Assembly (NCBI GenBank): GCA_964016885.1
Contig: OZ024741.1
Location: 120,652,001-120,716,000, forward strand
Length of the DNA stretch: 64,000 nt
Origin: Eledone cirrhosa
Lineage: Eukaryota
Reading direction: 5' to 3'
Position 1 is the first letter of the stretch; every line of letters begins with the position of its first letter. A program made the position numbers and the translations under genes. The notes beneath the pieces are model-generated. The model was not told where the DNA came from. It worked only from the letters and a program-made list of their open reading frames with translations, and did not search any database. Shown here piece after piece: positions 1-13,767 of this stretch.

Positions 1-903
1 ACTGGCTGTTACCCAATGGGCAGAAAAGAACAACATGTTACTGAACGAAGACAAATTCGAACTGATCCACTTTGGAAAAGAGGATGCTCTGAAACTCCCG
101 TACTCCCTTCCCTCCGGGGAAACTCTCGTGGCATCTAACAACATCAGAGACTTGGGAGTAACCGTGGACAGCAACATAAGCTGGACCACGCATATAAGCA
201 GCAAAGTTGACATGGCCCGCAGAATGTGTTCCTGGATCCTCAGAACCTTCCAGTCGAGAGATTCCCGCACCATTATCCTTCTCTTCTCTACTTTCGCCCG
301 ACCACACCTTGAATACTGTTGTCCACTGTGGTCTCCCCACACGAAACAAAGTATCATGATACTTGAAGCTCCTCAAAGGGCAATCACGAAAAAGATAGAT
401 GGCATGTCAGACCTTGATTACTGGGGTCGATTGGAAAACCTGAAACTTTACTCACTCCAACGTCGCCGTGAGCGTTATATTATCTGCATGATGTGGAAAA
501 TGTTCCATCATCACTGCCCAAATGATGTTGGCATCGCCTTCAAGATACACCCAAGGCTTGGGCCCCGTGCTATCCGTCCCATTCAAAAATCTAAATCGCA
601 ACTCATAACAACAATACGGCACAATTATTTCACCTCAATCGGCCCTGCTCTCTTCAACATCACACCAGGACACGTCAAAACAGAAACTGACCACACAAAA
701 TTCAAGAAGTCTTTGGACAAATTCCTCCAAGTAATCCCGGACAAACCACCCACACCCGGATATGTCTCCGCAAACAGTAATTCTCTTCTCGAATGGGCCA
801 TGGTGCCCAAATCCTGAATTGAAAGACTTCGCCAGGTGGTGCTATTAAGTTAGACATGGCCTGGGCCAATACTGGCCAAAACATTTCAAAGTTATTCAAA
901 GTT
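1..903 (+). mobile_element. 3' end of a CR1-group LINE (post-RT part of ORF2 plus 3' UTR)
   Basis: ORF 35-817 has RDLGV.VD, RPHLEYC.PLWSP and LE..QR motifs typical of CR1/L2-group ORF2; the short UTR ends in a doubled TTCAAAGTTA. Confidence 0.85.
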
Positions 904-2474
<1,571 letters not shown>

Positions 2475-4054
2475 TCATCATCATCATCATCATCAGGTTT
2501 AGCGTCCGTGTTCCACGCTTGCATGGGTTTGGACGGGGGTTTTCCCACTTGAGGCAAGAGTGGTTGTCTTGCTCGCATAGGACTGTCTGGCGGGTTTTCT
2601 ACAGTTGGATGCCCTTCCTAACACCAACCACATTTACAGTGTGGGGCTGGGGGGTTTTTACTGTGTTGCCTACACGGCCACATTACAGCGTGGACTGACT
2701 GGCGGGTTTTCTACAGCTGGATGCCCTTCCTAACACCAACCACATTTACAGTGTGGGGCTGGGAGGTTTTTACCGTGTTGCCTACACGGCCACATTTACA
2801 GCGTGGACTGTGTGTTTTTTGTCGTGACACCTACACGATCTCATTTGTTTCGGCCTGGATGGCGCGGCACCAACATAACTTTACATAGAACGGGGTGGTG
2901 TGGATGGGGTGGGGGTGGTGGCGGGACGGGGTGTATTTTGTTAGAGATGCCTACTGGCAAGGCGGGTCTTCTCTGTTACTGAGTACCGCCAAAGGTCTCG
3001 TTCCAGTGACATTGTCTTGGAGAGGTGTAAGCGTGTGAGGTCGGAATTTATCAGCTCGTCCCATGTTTTTCTGGGTCTGCCTACTCCGTGGCTACCGTCT
3101 ATCTTTATTGCCCTGCACTTTGTTATACAGCTGTCGTCTTTCATGCGCATCACGTGACCGTACCAACGTAGCCTTCTCTCGAGTAAACAACATCTGATCC
3201 CTCTTATTTCTAATTTTTTCCTTAGTTCGTTTATGCTTTGCCGTTCACGTATATTACTATTGCACATCCAGCGGAGCATGCAAGCTTCGTTCCTCTCTAG
3301 TCTGCGTATATCCTCTGCACACAATGCCCAGGTCTCACTGCCATGCAGCATTGTTGTTCGTATGCAGGCATCTTATAACCTGCCTTTCATTTTTAGGGAG
3401 AACCCTCTAGCGGCTAATAGTGGTATAAGCTCTCTGAACTTTTTCCATCCAGTTCTGACTCTAGCTACTGTACTTTCAGAGCACCCTCCCCCACTGCTGA
3501 ATTTGTCACCCAGATAACGGAAGCTGTCCACTATTTCTATAGAACCCTCTGCGCAGTTGAAGGAGCTAGTATTTTGTGGGCACTTGCTGCTACTTATTGC
3601 ACCAGAGCACCGGCCACATGTAAAATCTATGTTCTTAGTTAACTTACCTGTGATCCCACTACATCTTTTATGCACCCATACTTTGCATTTGGGACATAAA
3701 ATGGAGTTTCTACCTACGCCTTTCCTACACACTGAGCATGGCCATTTCCCAGATGGGACCGCCGCCTTATTTTCTTTCCTACAAACTAGAACTTTAGTCT
3801 TAGCCAGGTTAATTTTAAGGCCTTTTGATTCTAGGCCGTGCTTCCATGTTTGGAATTTCTTCTCTAGTTCGGTCATTGATTCAGCTATGAGCGTTAGATC
3901 ATCTGCGTATAGGAGTTCCCATGGGCAGCCGGTCTTGAACTCCTCTGTTATAGCCTGAAGGGCAATAATAAATAGTAGGGGGCTAAGAACAGAGCCCTGA
4001 TGGACACCAACTTTTACGCTAAACTCTTCACTATATTCGTTGTTAATTCTAACC
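2475..4054 (-). mobile_element. 5'-truncated RTE-clade LINE with (ATG)n tail
   Basis: VGVHQGSVLSPLLF, WELLYADDL, a Cys-rich insert and LRWYGHVMRM..GRPRKTW; one in-frame TAA at 3373-3375; (CAT)n tail at 2475-2494. Confidence 0.9.
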
Positions 4055-4122
<68 letters not shown>

Positions 4123-4127
<5 letters not shown>

Positions 4128-5178
4128 GGACACAGATTATGGAGGTTTTAGTTAAAGTTTACAGTACTACTGCTCCAAAGAAAACTGCTGTCTACAAGTG
4201 GATTCAGCGATTCAAACAAGGGAGAGACGACCATCACAGTGGAAGACCAGGAACATCAAAAAATGACCAAAACATTGGGGCTGCTCAGACTTTAATTGAA
4301 GATCGAAGAATAACAGTTAATCAGTTAGTTAAGTCCCTAGACATTTCATATGGTTCGGCAAATTCAATTCTGCACGATAATTTGGGACTAAGCAAGCTTT
4401 CAGCGCGCTGGGTCCCAAAAGTGTTGCGCCCTGATCAGCTGATTCTTCGAAGTGATCTGTCTTTGGCGATATTAAACAAAATTGAAGTTGATGAAGAGCA
4501 TTTCTTGACCAGAATCATCACCGGAGATGAAACCTGGATCTACCAGTATGATGCTGAATCCAAACGGCAGTCAAAACAGTGGCTTCCACTTGGATCATCG
4601 GGGCCAATCAAGTTCAAATCTCAAAAGTCGGATCAAAAAGTGATGGCCACCATTTTCTGGGATTCAGATGGGGTGATACTAATAGATTATCTTGAAGGTC
4701 AAAGAACTGTGACAGGAGCTTACTATGCAAATGTTTTAAGGAAGCTGAAAGAGGCTTTTGTCAAGAAACGAAAAGGGAAACTTCATGGTGGGATCTTGTT
4801 TCACCATGACAATGCACCAGCGCATTCTGCGTGGGTTGCAAAAGAAGTCCTTCGAGAATTTCGATGGGAAGTGCTTCCTCACCCGCCTTATAGTCCAGAT
4901 TTAGCCCCATCAGACATTTTCCTCTTTCCAAAACTCAAAGAAATGCTAAAAGGAACCCGTTTTAGTGGTGTTGAAGAAGCTAAAAACACTGCCAACACAT
5001 GGCTTCGAACAAGGCCTTCAACTTTCTTTAGAGACGGCTTACGAAGCTGGAAGCATCGCCTTGTCAAGTGTATTGACCTGGATAGCAACTATGTAGAAAA
5101 ATAAATTGATGGTAAATCATATTTTTTGAAAAATAGAATATTTTCTGAAAAATTCCGCGAATTTTTTGATCCCCCCTC

Positions 5179-5181
<3 letters not shown>
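4123..5181 (+). mobile_element. Mariner (DD34D) transposon, 5' end lost, right TIR intact
   Basis: Open frame to 5104 with WVP, ITGDETW, HHDNAPAH and YSPDLAPSD (34 residues between the 2nd and 3rd Asp); right TIR ...TTTTTTGATCCCCCCTCG followed by TA. Confidence 0.93.
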
Positions 5182-5214
<33 letters not shown>

Positions 5215-5245
5215 TTATTTATTTGGTTCATTTCTATATTTTTAG

Positions 5246-5326
5246 GCAACTTATGGCACCATCCCAGCTCCCAACAAGATGACATTCTTGATTGGAGTTT
5301 TACAGAATACCAACTCCTCTGTAGCG
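5246..5326 (+). CDS. IPO5: IPO5 visible exon 1
   Basis: tttag|GCA...GCG|gtaagt; ATYGTIPAPNKMTFLIGVLQNTNSSVA, resembling the importin-5 N-terminal ETYENIP..KITFL..AIRN segment. Confidence 0.85.
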
Positions 5327-5689
5327 GTAAGTTTTTGTTAAGTTATGTCTTCTGACAATTAAAAGTTAGTCTGTTACAAACCCAGAGACTCATCAGACTG
5401 CAACTTATCCTAGTTTCATTGGCAGTAAGTGACAGATTACATGATCCCACCCAACTGAGTGAACTGGAGGAACATGAAATAAAATATTTTGCTCAAGGAC
5501 ACAATGTGTCGTTCATTCTAGGAATTGAACTTACAACCCTACAATCACAAGTCCAACGTTCTAACCATTAGGCCAATTACTTTCAGTTAATGTTGGTTAA
5601 ATCTCCATAACTTTCAACAACAGACTTGCTTATTTCCTTTCGTTTTCTAGTTTTAGTAAAACACTTTTATCATTAAAACACCGAAGAAA

Positions 5690-6030
5690 CCTCCTATGAA
5701 ATCAACCTCATAGGGGACTGGCTAAACCTGCAAAGGTGTGAGCTGTAACATGATAGGCCTGAAGCCCCTATCAATAAAATACTCAAGATACCTCATATGA
5801 GATCCAACCTTATAAGAGGCAGCTAAACCTGCAAAGGTATGAGCTGTAACATGATAGGTCTGAGGCTCCTATCATTAAAACTTCCTATGAGATGCAACTT
5901 TGTAGGAGGCCAACTAAATTTGCAAAGGTGTAAGCTGTAACGTGATAAGTTTGAGGCTACCTTCATTAAAATACCTTATGAGATACAATATTGTAGGAGG
6001 CCAGCTAAGCCTGCAAAGTTGTGAGCTGTA
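5690..6030. repeat. Degenerate tandem repeat, about 4 units of 90-100 bp
   Basis: Core GCTAAACCTGCAAAGGTGTGAGCTGTAAC at about 5721, 5822, 5913 and 6004. Confidence 0.8.
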
Positions 6031-6056
6031 AATGTCATTTCCTTTTTCATTTTCAG

Positions 6057-6249
6057 AATCGCTCTTTAGCTGCTGTATTATTGAGGAAGCTTTTCACATC
6101 CAAATTTGATGATGCCTGGAGCAGTTTAGTGCCTGATTCTCAAATTGCTATCAAAACTTATCTTATGAATATTATCCACCAAGAGGAGAATCCTATTGTG
6201 CGCCGTAAAGTGTGTGATGCCATAGCTGAACTTGCAAGAAACATGTTGG
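6057..6249 (+). CDS. IPO5: IPO5 visible exon 2
   Basis: tttcag|AAT...TTGG|gtaaga; NRSLAAVLLRKLF...RRKVCDAIAELARNML. Confidence 0.95.
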
Positions 6250-7124
6250 GTAAGAGATGGATCATGCTTTTCGCTCTCTTGCATACATTTGTGAAATTAT
6301 GTGAAAAAAAATTTAACTTCAAAGCCCTATTACAGGTATTGTCACTAGTCTACCCATGTCATCAGAAATAGATTTCTAATTCAGACACAAGGCCAGCAGA
6401 TTTGGAGTTAGGGCAAAGTTGATTAAAAATCAACCCCAGTACTTGACTGGCATTTTGTTTTCTCAATCTTGGAAGGATAAACAGCAAAGTTCACCTCAAT
6501 GGTACTTAAATTGAGACTGTAAAGAAGCAGAACAAATATCACACTGATGTTTTATTCGATGCTCTACCAATTTTGTCAATCAACCAGCCATGTCATCAGA
6601 AATAACGAGTGTTATTAATCTTTCAATACCAACCCTGCTAAAATTGGCTCTGATTCTATGAAATAATATTACCCATTTTAAAGGATTCCTATTTAAATTA
6701 AAATCTTTCAGCATAATTTCATATAAGAACTATTTATTTAGTGTCTTAGAAATGAAATAATTTTTGGACTAATAATTTGCTAAGGTAACTTTGTCATTCT
6801 TTTCTTTTCTTTTTCTTCTCTCACTATTTTCTTCCAACCTCACCTCTCTGACTTGTTACCTTGGTAATTCTAACCCACTTGCATTGTACGGCTTCTTAAA
6901 CATACCCACTTTTCATTTTCATATTCCACAATGCTTCAAGCAAACTATTATACCTTATATACAGTTTAAAATAAGTACATCATATACCTGCTTGTCATAA
7001 AAAGCAACTAAAAGGGTTGATGCAAGGAAAGTCATCTGACTGTAAAACATAGCCAGCCAAAAGTGAGTATGAGGTTAGTTGTGGACATGCAATGCTAACT
7101 TCAATTTTAGAAGAGAAAATGGCC

Positions 7125-8592
7125 TTAACCCTTTAGCATTCAAAGCGACAAAAACCGACAAGATTATGTCCCCTTTCATTTATTCAAACCGACAAAAACC
7201 GACATTTAATACCACACGGAGATTTCCTTCTAAAAATAAACATTGACATCATCGAAATCTCGTCAATTCGAGATTACTGCGAGATAAAGCCCTTACGCGC
7301 GAAAATTAACTCTTAGTATAGTTAAAGAACTTGCGATAACACGTGTTTTTAACGTTGAAAGTGTAACATGGCTTCCGAAAGTAGCGACAACGAATTTGAA
7401 GGTTTTACGTCCGACGACATTCGAGATCAAAAAGAAACAAGATAATATCAGTGATTTATCTTCAAACGAATCAGATATATTTATTTCTGATATATCTGAT
7501 AATGATGATAGTTACTTTGAAAGTGAAAGAGAAGATTTGACTGACACCATTGAAAAAACAGCAACGTGGTTGAAAGAAACAACACCGATACATGTTTCGG
7601 ATTTTACTGAAAATATTGGACCACAACACACATTACCACCCGATGCTAAAGCACTGGATTATTATTTTTTATTTTTACCACAATCTTTCTTCGAAGTTGT
7701 AGCAAATCGCTATGCACAACAACAAATTTCTAATATCGGAAAACCCGATCTGTTATGGCGTCCGACAGATTCTGCCGAAATGAAAGCGTTTTTTACCATA
7801 AATATTATGTTTGGTATTAAACAATTTCCACGACTGTGGAAATATTGGAGTACTGATATAAGGTTTGGTGACCCTTATATATCTAGTATTATGGCAAAAA
7901 CGAGATTCATTAAATTAAACCAGTATTTGCATCTGGTTGATACTTCAAATGCCCCTGGTAGAAATGAATCAAATTACGACCCACTGTACAAAGTACGACC
8001 ATTAATTGAAATATTGTCAGAAAAATTTAAAAGCGTGTATATATTGGAAACTTTCTGTTACGTAATTTTACACCGTACATTTACAGAGTACATTGCCAAT
8101 ATTATTTTGACCGGTGAAAAGGTTTTATACATTTTTTTCAATGAAAATATTTGCCTGGAATGTAGAGAAAGACTAAAACCGTGTACTGATTACACCTGCA
8201 TTTTTAATTAATTCACCTGTTCGGAAAACTGCTAGAATTGATGGAAATCAGCATCTAGGTCATTATTGGATTTTTTTGCAACAAATCTAACAGATAAGGC
8301 AGATAAAGTTTAAATTTTTGTGTTTATCCATAAAGTTATTACTTTTACACCTGTTAATTAATTTCACCTGCCCATAAAAGTCAAATTTAACAAAAAAAAA
8401 TCAGGTAAAAATATATAATTGTAAATTATAGTTATTTAAACATCTATTGACAAAATTTCAAGTCTGCACATAGAAAATTAAAGTAATTACAAACAAATAA
8501 AATTGATAACCCTCTTGAGTATAATTAAGTGAAAATAATGCGAATAGATGAACATGACATTTGACAATTCAATGTGAATGCTAAAGGGTTAA
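7125..8592 (+). mobile_element. Internally deleted piggyBac element (non-autonomous)
   Basis: TTAA TSDs (7125-7128, 8589-8592); 14-bp TIR CCCTTTAGCATTCA/TGAATGCTAAAGGG; frameshifted N-terminal transposase from ATG 7368 (acidic N-terminus, EMKAF, RF..L.QYLHL.D, DPLYKVRPLIE) that stops before the DDD core. Confidence 0.92.
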
Positions 8593-8774
8593 AACACTTG
8601 TGTGTGTCTAGGCAACAAAGAGGAATTCCAGCTAGATCCTGTCAACAAAATCTCCATATGGTTTATATACACAGCAAGTCTCCGATTTCCGAATGGCTAA
8701 ATGTCAGCGGAAGGGCACCCTGGAGTTATGACCTGGATGTGGCCCAGCCCCCTTAGAGTGTAAGAAGTTAAGCG

Positions 8775-9437
8775 TCGAAATACTCGTCCACTTTTCCACT
8801 TTAGCATGAGTTAAATGAGTTGTCTCATTGTGAGACATGCCGGATCAGATGACTGTCTTGTTCATACAGAACTGATTTTGGCTTGGTTTCTACTTTTGGA
8901 TGCCTTTCCTAATGCTAATCACATTTACAGTGTGTACTTGGTGATTTTTATCATGACACCTACATGATAACTTTACTGTGTTGGCTGGGTGCTTTTTCTT
9001 GTGGCACCAAAAACGACCACTTTACAGTCGTGGCTGGGGTGAGGGAGGTGCATGGCGATTAGAGAAGGAGATCTAGTGGGAAGATGAAAAGTGGGGTGTT
9101 AGGATATGGGTAGGGTGGGGCAAGTACGGCAAAGTAGTGCATACTAGATGTATACTTCAACCTGTGCACGTGGGAAGGTGAGTCATTTGTATTACTGCTT
9201 AACGCCAGAGATCTTGATTCTGTGTCATCTCCTTTGAGAGGTTTAATTGTGCAAGGTTCGCTTTTAACACCTCATCCAAAGTCTTCTTAGGTCTTCCTAC
9301 TCCATAGCTTCCATCAACTTTGAATGCTCTGCACCTTTTTATATAGCTGTCATCCTTCATATGCATCACATGTCCATACCAATGCAATCTCCTCCTTTAC
9401 ACTGCATCTGATCCCTCTTATGCCCAGTTTCTCTCAC
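8775..9437 (-). mobile_element. Decayed 3' fragment of the RTE family seen at 2475-4054
   Basis: HWYGHVMHMKDDSYIKRC...GRPKKT plus the homologous 3' UTR. Confidence 0.8.
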
Positions 9438-10305
9438 AATATGTATGTATATATGTATGTAAGTATACAGTTTACATTAGGTACACCATTTCCCTGTGCT
9501 GCAATAGGTGACTAAAAGACTTGGCAACAGGAAGGGGTCTCAGCTGTGATTAGTATGAAACCAGTTGTAGGTTAACTTCCAGCTGCTGTTACTGGTAATC
9601 ACTTCTTTCATCTCCATAGATTGGGGCTAAGTGAAATGAAGTCTCTTATCATATAGCAGCTCAGCTCATGCCTTTCAGTCTCGCCATCTAATGTATCATA
9701 TATATTTGAATATAAGTCAACTCCCTATTTTATGTCTTACAAAAAGGCAAAAATCCCAAACGGTGCGGTTTTGAAATTCCCATGAATGAAGTTTTAATAT
9801 TTATGAAGTTTTAATATTTTGATAATTTAAATGTTCATTATAGTTTTTGTGTTACAACTCCCATTATATAATGATCTTTTACCAATTTCCAAACGACTTG
9901 AAGGCCGCATAAAAAACAATAGTAAATAAAAATTTCATGACAAAAATGAAATCAATGTAATATTCACCTCCAAAGTGAAATCGATGTAATATTTACCTCC
10001 AAAACGAAAATATTTTAGCACCTCATTTATTGACCTTGAATTTACCATTGATTTTTTTTTTGTTTGTTCTTTTTTTGTTTTTTTGTCACATATTTATCAA
10101 CATATATATATGCAGTATATGCAGTAATTCAATAAGAAATGACCAGTGGTTAGATATTGTACATTAGAGTTAAGATTTGTCTGATAAAGAACTAAGCAAT
10201 AAACCAGTGAACAAAAGCAGGTGTTTACTGGAGCTTATTGATGAGTTTTACAGATTGTAGTATTGATGAGTTTTACAAAATAATTTATAACTTGGAAAAA
10301 CATGT

Positions 10306-10520
10306 TAACTCCTAACACTGTAATGATCGATAAAAAAAAATGTACTAATATCTAAAAACAAAGTTTGTTACTTCAGATATTTATAGTATCTTCACTAGTT
10401 GACAGATTGCTGTAAAAATTTACAGTATTTGAACAAGGACTAATTTTTAATGTGATGCAGTCATAGTGCTATTTTGTATTTGTTGAGAACTTCAACTTTG
10501 ATTTAGTGTATGTAAAGCAT
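10306..10520. repeat. Dispersed AT-rich repeat starting TTAACTCTTAACATCCTG (probable DNA-transposon end)
   Basis: Related copies at about 21835-22030, 26750-26910, 27940-28100, 37097-37290 and 39580-39710; reversed ends near 13575-13615 and 27345-27380. Confidence 0.6.
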
Positions 10521-11881
10521 GTCAGTTTCATTTTAACCCCTTTTTTATTTTCACAGCTTGCATTTATCCCTTTCCCATCCCAACAGCTGGCTTTTAACCC
10601 CTTCACATAGCCAGTTGTGCCTATAGTTAGATTTGATACTCTTAGTATGGTAGGGTGAAGTTGACAGCTAAAAATAAGGATTGGCGTGATCAGGTTAGAG
10701 ATCTCAAGCTAATATCTCGTCTTTCCATATATGTTATCTGCAGCAGGGATTATGACTGAATGCCTGTAATTATTGTGCATGGGCGGCCTCTGTTTGTAAT
10801 TCTGTAGATGCTCTATTGGAGCTGGGTCAATCCATCCTGGGTTAACACTGACACAAGTACAAGTTGCTCTATAAAGACAACCACTTGTTAGACTTCTTGT
10901 AAGAACATTGGCCAGATAGATTGGAAGTCATTTTGGGGTTGAACAGTTTACCCATTTAATACAAAACCATATGAAACGGCATCTGGTTGTACGATATACA
11001 ACTATTTGTTTTAAAGTGTTTATGTTTATCTAAAGCCCAACCATCATAATTTTATGTAAGAACCTTTTCCTAAGTTATGCTCCAAAGACCAGGTTAATAA
11101 TTGTTTCTACTATTGGCACAAGGCCAGCAATTATCTCAGTGCATTACTGGTCCTTTATTTTATCGACTCAGTAAGGATGAAAGGCAAAGTTAACTGTGGC
11201 GGGATTTGAACTCGGACCGTAAAGGGTGTAAATCTATGCTACAAAGCATGGTGTCCAACCTTCTACCGATACTGCCAATCCACCGTCCTGACCAGGTTAA
11301 TATTAGAAATATCATACAGTTTGTAAAGTAGAATGGCATCCAGCCATTGAAACCATGCCAAACAAAAGGTTGAGAGGACTTTTCATTTGTTTCGAGCACA
11401 TGACAATCTCTCTAATTGGTGCCACAATAAAATGCACCCAATTATAGTGTGCAAAATTGGTTGGTGATAGGAAAAGCATCCAGCTGTAGAAACCGTGCCA
11501 AAACCAGAACACAAGTAAGCAAGTTGTTGGTCCCCAAGTTGGCAATGTGAGGACAGTAACTCTGCTTAAGTACTGACTTGGTCCATGACAACCAGGAAAA
11601 ACATGGTGGTAATAAAAGGGTTAATATTAGACATAAACTTTCAGTGTTCTATTTTTCCCTCTAGTGTTGAAGGTATTAGGTACTTCTGTGAATTAAGTCT
11701 CTACCTTGTGTGTGAATGTTAGGAAATTTGTTGGCTGTTTATAAATGTTTCCTCGTGGGATAGTTGGAAATATGTATGTTGAGAAGAAAATAGAAAAAAA
11801 AGAATCTGTCTAAGATGGGTAAACAGTGACATTTTTCAAATTTTTTTTCTACATGTCCACCATCTATTGAGAATATTTCTG

Positions 11882-12090
11882 TTAACCCTTTAGCATTTAT
11901 ATTACTCTATATACTATTGTATTTTTGTGGTAAAAGCTTTATCTTACATAATATTGAATCTAAGATGTTGATATTATTTATTTTGAGAACAATACCGTAA
12001 CATCAATATTAGTAGCCAGTTACAGCCAGTTTGAACAGAAAGAGGTGAGGGAATTCTGGACGGATACGGGCGGTTTGAATGCTAAATGGT
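11882..12090. mobile_element. piggyBac-type MITE family A copy
   Basis: TTAA-CCCTTTAGCATT start; internal homology to the other family A copies. Confidence 0.8.
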
Positions 12091-12120
12091 CCTAAAACGG
12101 AAGCAATTCAGTTTTTATAG

Positions 12121-12352
12121 TAACCCCTTTGATACCAACCTGCCTGATTCTGCTATGAAAATATTTTTTTAGTGTTTATATTTACCTAAAAACCTTCCAT
12201 GACAATTTTATGTAAGAACCTTTAAGTTCTGTTCCAAACACCAGTTTAATAATGAAAAAGTCAGTTATATTACTAAATCCCTTCAAATTATTGATTATTT
12301 TCAAAATTATAAGCAGTATCTTTCATTCGAAATGTGGTAATGAAAGGGTTAA
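12121..12352. mobile_element. TTAA-flanked MITE family B copy (about 230 bp)
   Basis: CCCTTTGATACC...GTAATGAAAGGG-TTAA; related copies near 16780-17017, 20200-20349, 24320-24553, 58926-59110 and 63341-63563. Confidence 0.7.
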
Positions 12353-13257
12353 ATGTTTGCGTTAAATATAATATAATTGAACTCTCTCTCTCTCAACATA
12401 AATTTTCCTTGCTAGCAGTGATTGTGAATTAACATCCTAACCATTAGACCACCCAGTACATCCTTTAAAGTGATTGTTGTTAGGAAGGGCATTCATCCAT
12501 AGAAACAATGCCAAAATGTGGAACATATGAGGAAAACCTGGTTCTCCGATCCGTCTAGTCTCATACTACAAAGACCCGTCCAACTTGTGTCAGCATAGAA
12601 AACAGCTGTAAAATGATGATATATCATCATAATTAATTTTTTGTCCATTTTTCCATGCTAGCATGGGTGGGGTGAGATTTTTTGAAGCTAAATTTTATGA
12701 TTGGATACCTTTTCTGACACCAACTCTCACTTGGTCATGTAACTGCTGATCATCAGGATCTATGTTTACATGGAACTTGAAAATACATCACTGCCTGCAG
12801 TGTCGAATGTGAAGAGAAGAGGCAAACACACACACCACATTTCCTTATAGTTTCTGTCTCTACCAAATTCACTGGCAATGAATGCATTAGTCAGTCCAAG
12901 ACTTTAGTTAAAAACATGTGCTCATTGTGCTACATGGCAGTAGGATAAAAACTAAGACCACAGGATTGCTAAATGAACTTCTTAACTGCACAGCCATGCC
13001 AGCACTGTCATTGAAACACAATTGATTATATACTAGGGTTTGCTAGCATAACCTGACTTGACTTGTCTCACAATGGAACAACTTGTCTAACTCATGCTAG
13101 CATAGAAAATAGATGTTAAATAATGATGATGATGATGACTCATATCTGAGATTAAGTTGTATAAAAATTAAATTAACTCTTAATGTCCTGTACTGTAAGA
13201 AACCACATTAGCCAGACATTGTTGAAAAGCATATAACAGCACTATGACAGCATCACT

Positions 13258-13473
13258 TTAACCCTTTAGCATTTAAACCGGCTGTATCCGGCCAGAATTC
13301 TCTCACCTCTTTCTGTTCAAACCGGCCATAACTGGCCACTCATACTGATGTTAAGGTATTGTTCTCAAAATAAATAACATCAAAATTTCAGATAGAATAT
13401 TATATGAGATAAAGCCTTTACAACGAAATTACAATAGTATATATATAGAGTAATGTAAATGCTAAAGGGTTAA
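13258..13473. mobile_element. piggyBac-type MITE family A copy
   Basis: TTAA CCCTTTAGCATTTA ... TAAATGCTAAAGGG TTAA, perfect TIRs. Confidence 0.9.
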
Positions 13474-13664
13474 ACATTGAAAACTTTACCTCTAATACTG
13501 CAAATTCTCACAACAATCTGTCTACTAGTAAAGACTATAAACATATGTATCATCAAACACTCTTTCTATATATAGATATTTTCTGCTAAATCATTGCAGG
13601 ATGTTAAGAGTTAAATATTAAAGCTATTTTTATAATCTAAATGCCACTGTTTTATATTTTACAG

Positions 13665-13767
13665 ATGAAGTGGGTAATATGACTTGGCCCGACATATTGA
13701 AATTCCTTTTAGATTGTGCTAGCTCTGAAAACCCTCGGCTTAAAGAAAGTGCACTTCATATTTTCAG
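13665..13767 (+). CDS. IPO5: IPO5 visible exon 3
   Basis: ttacag|AT...AG|gtactt; (D)[33 protein letters not shown]. Confidence 0.93.

Noticed and set aside
7368-8211. Domesticated PGBD gene or IPO5-piggyBac fusion exon
   Set aside because: Frameshift near the N-terminus, catalytic core deleted, TIRs retained and no convincing splice acceptor
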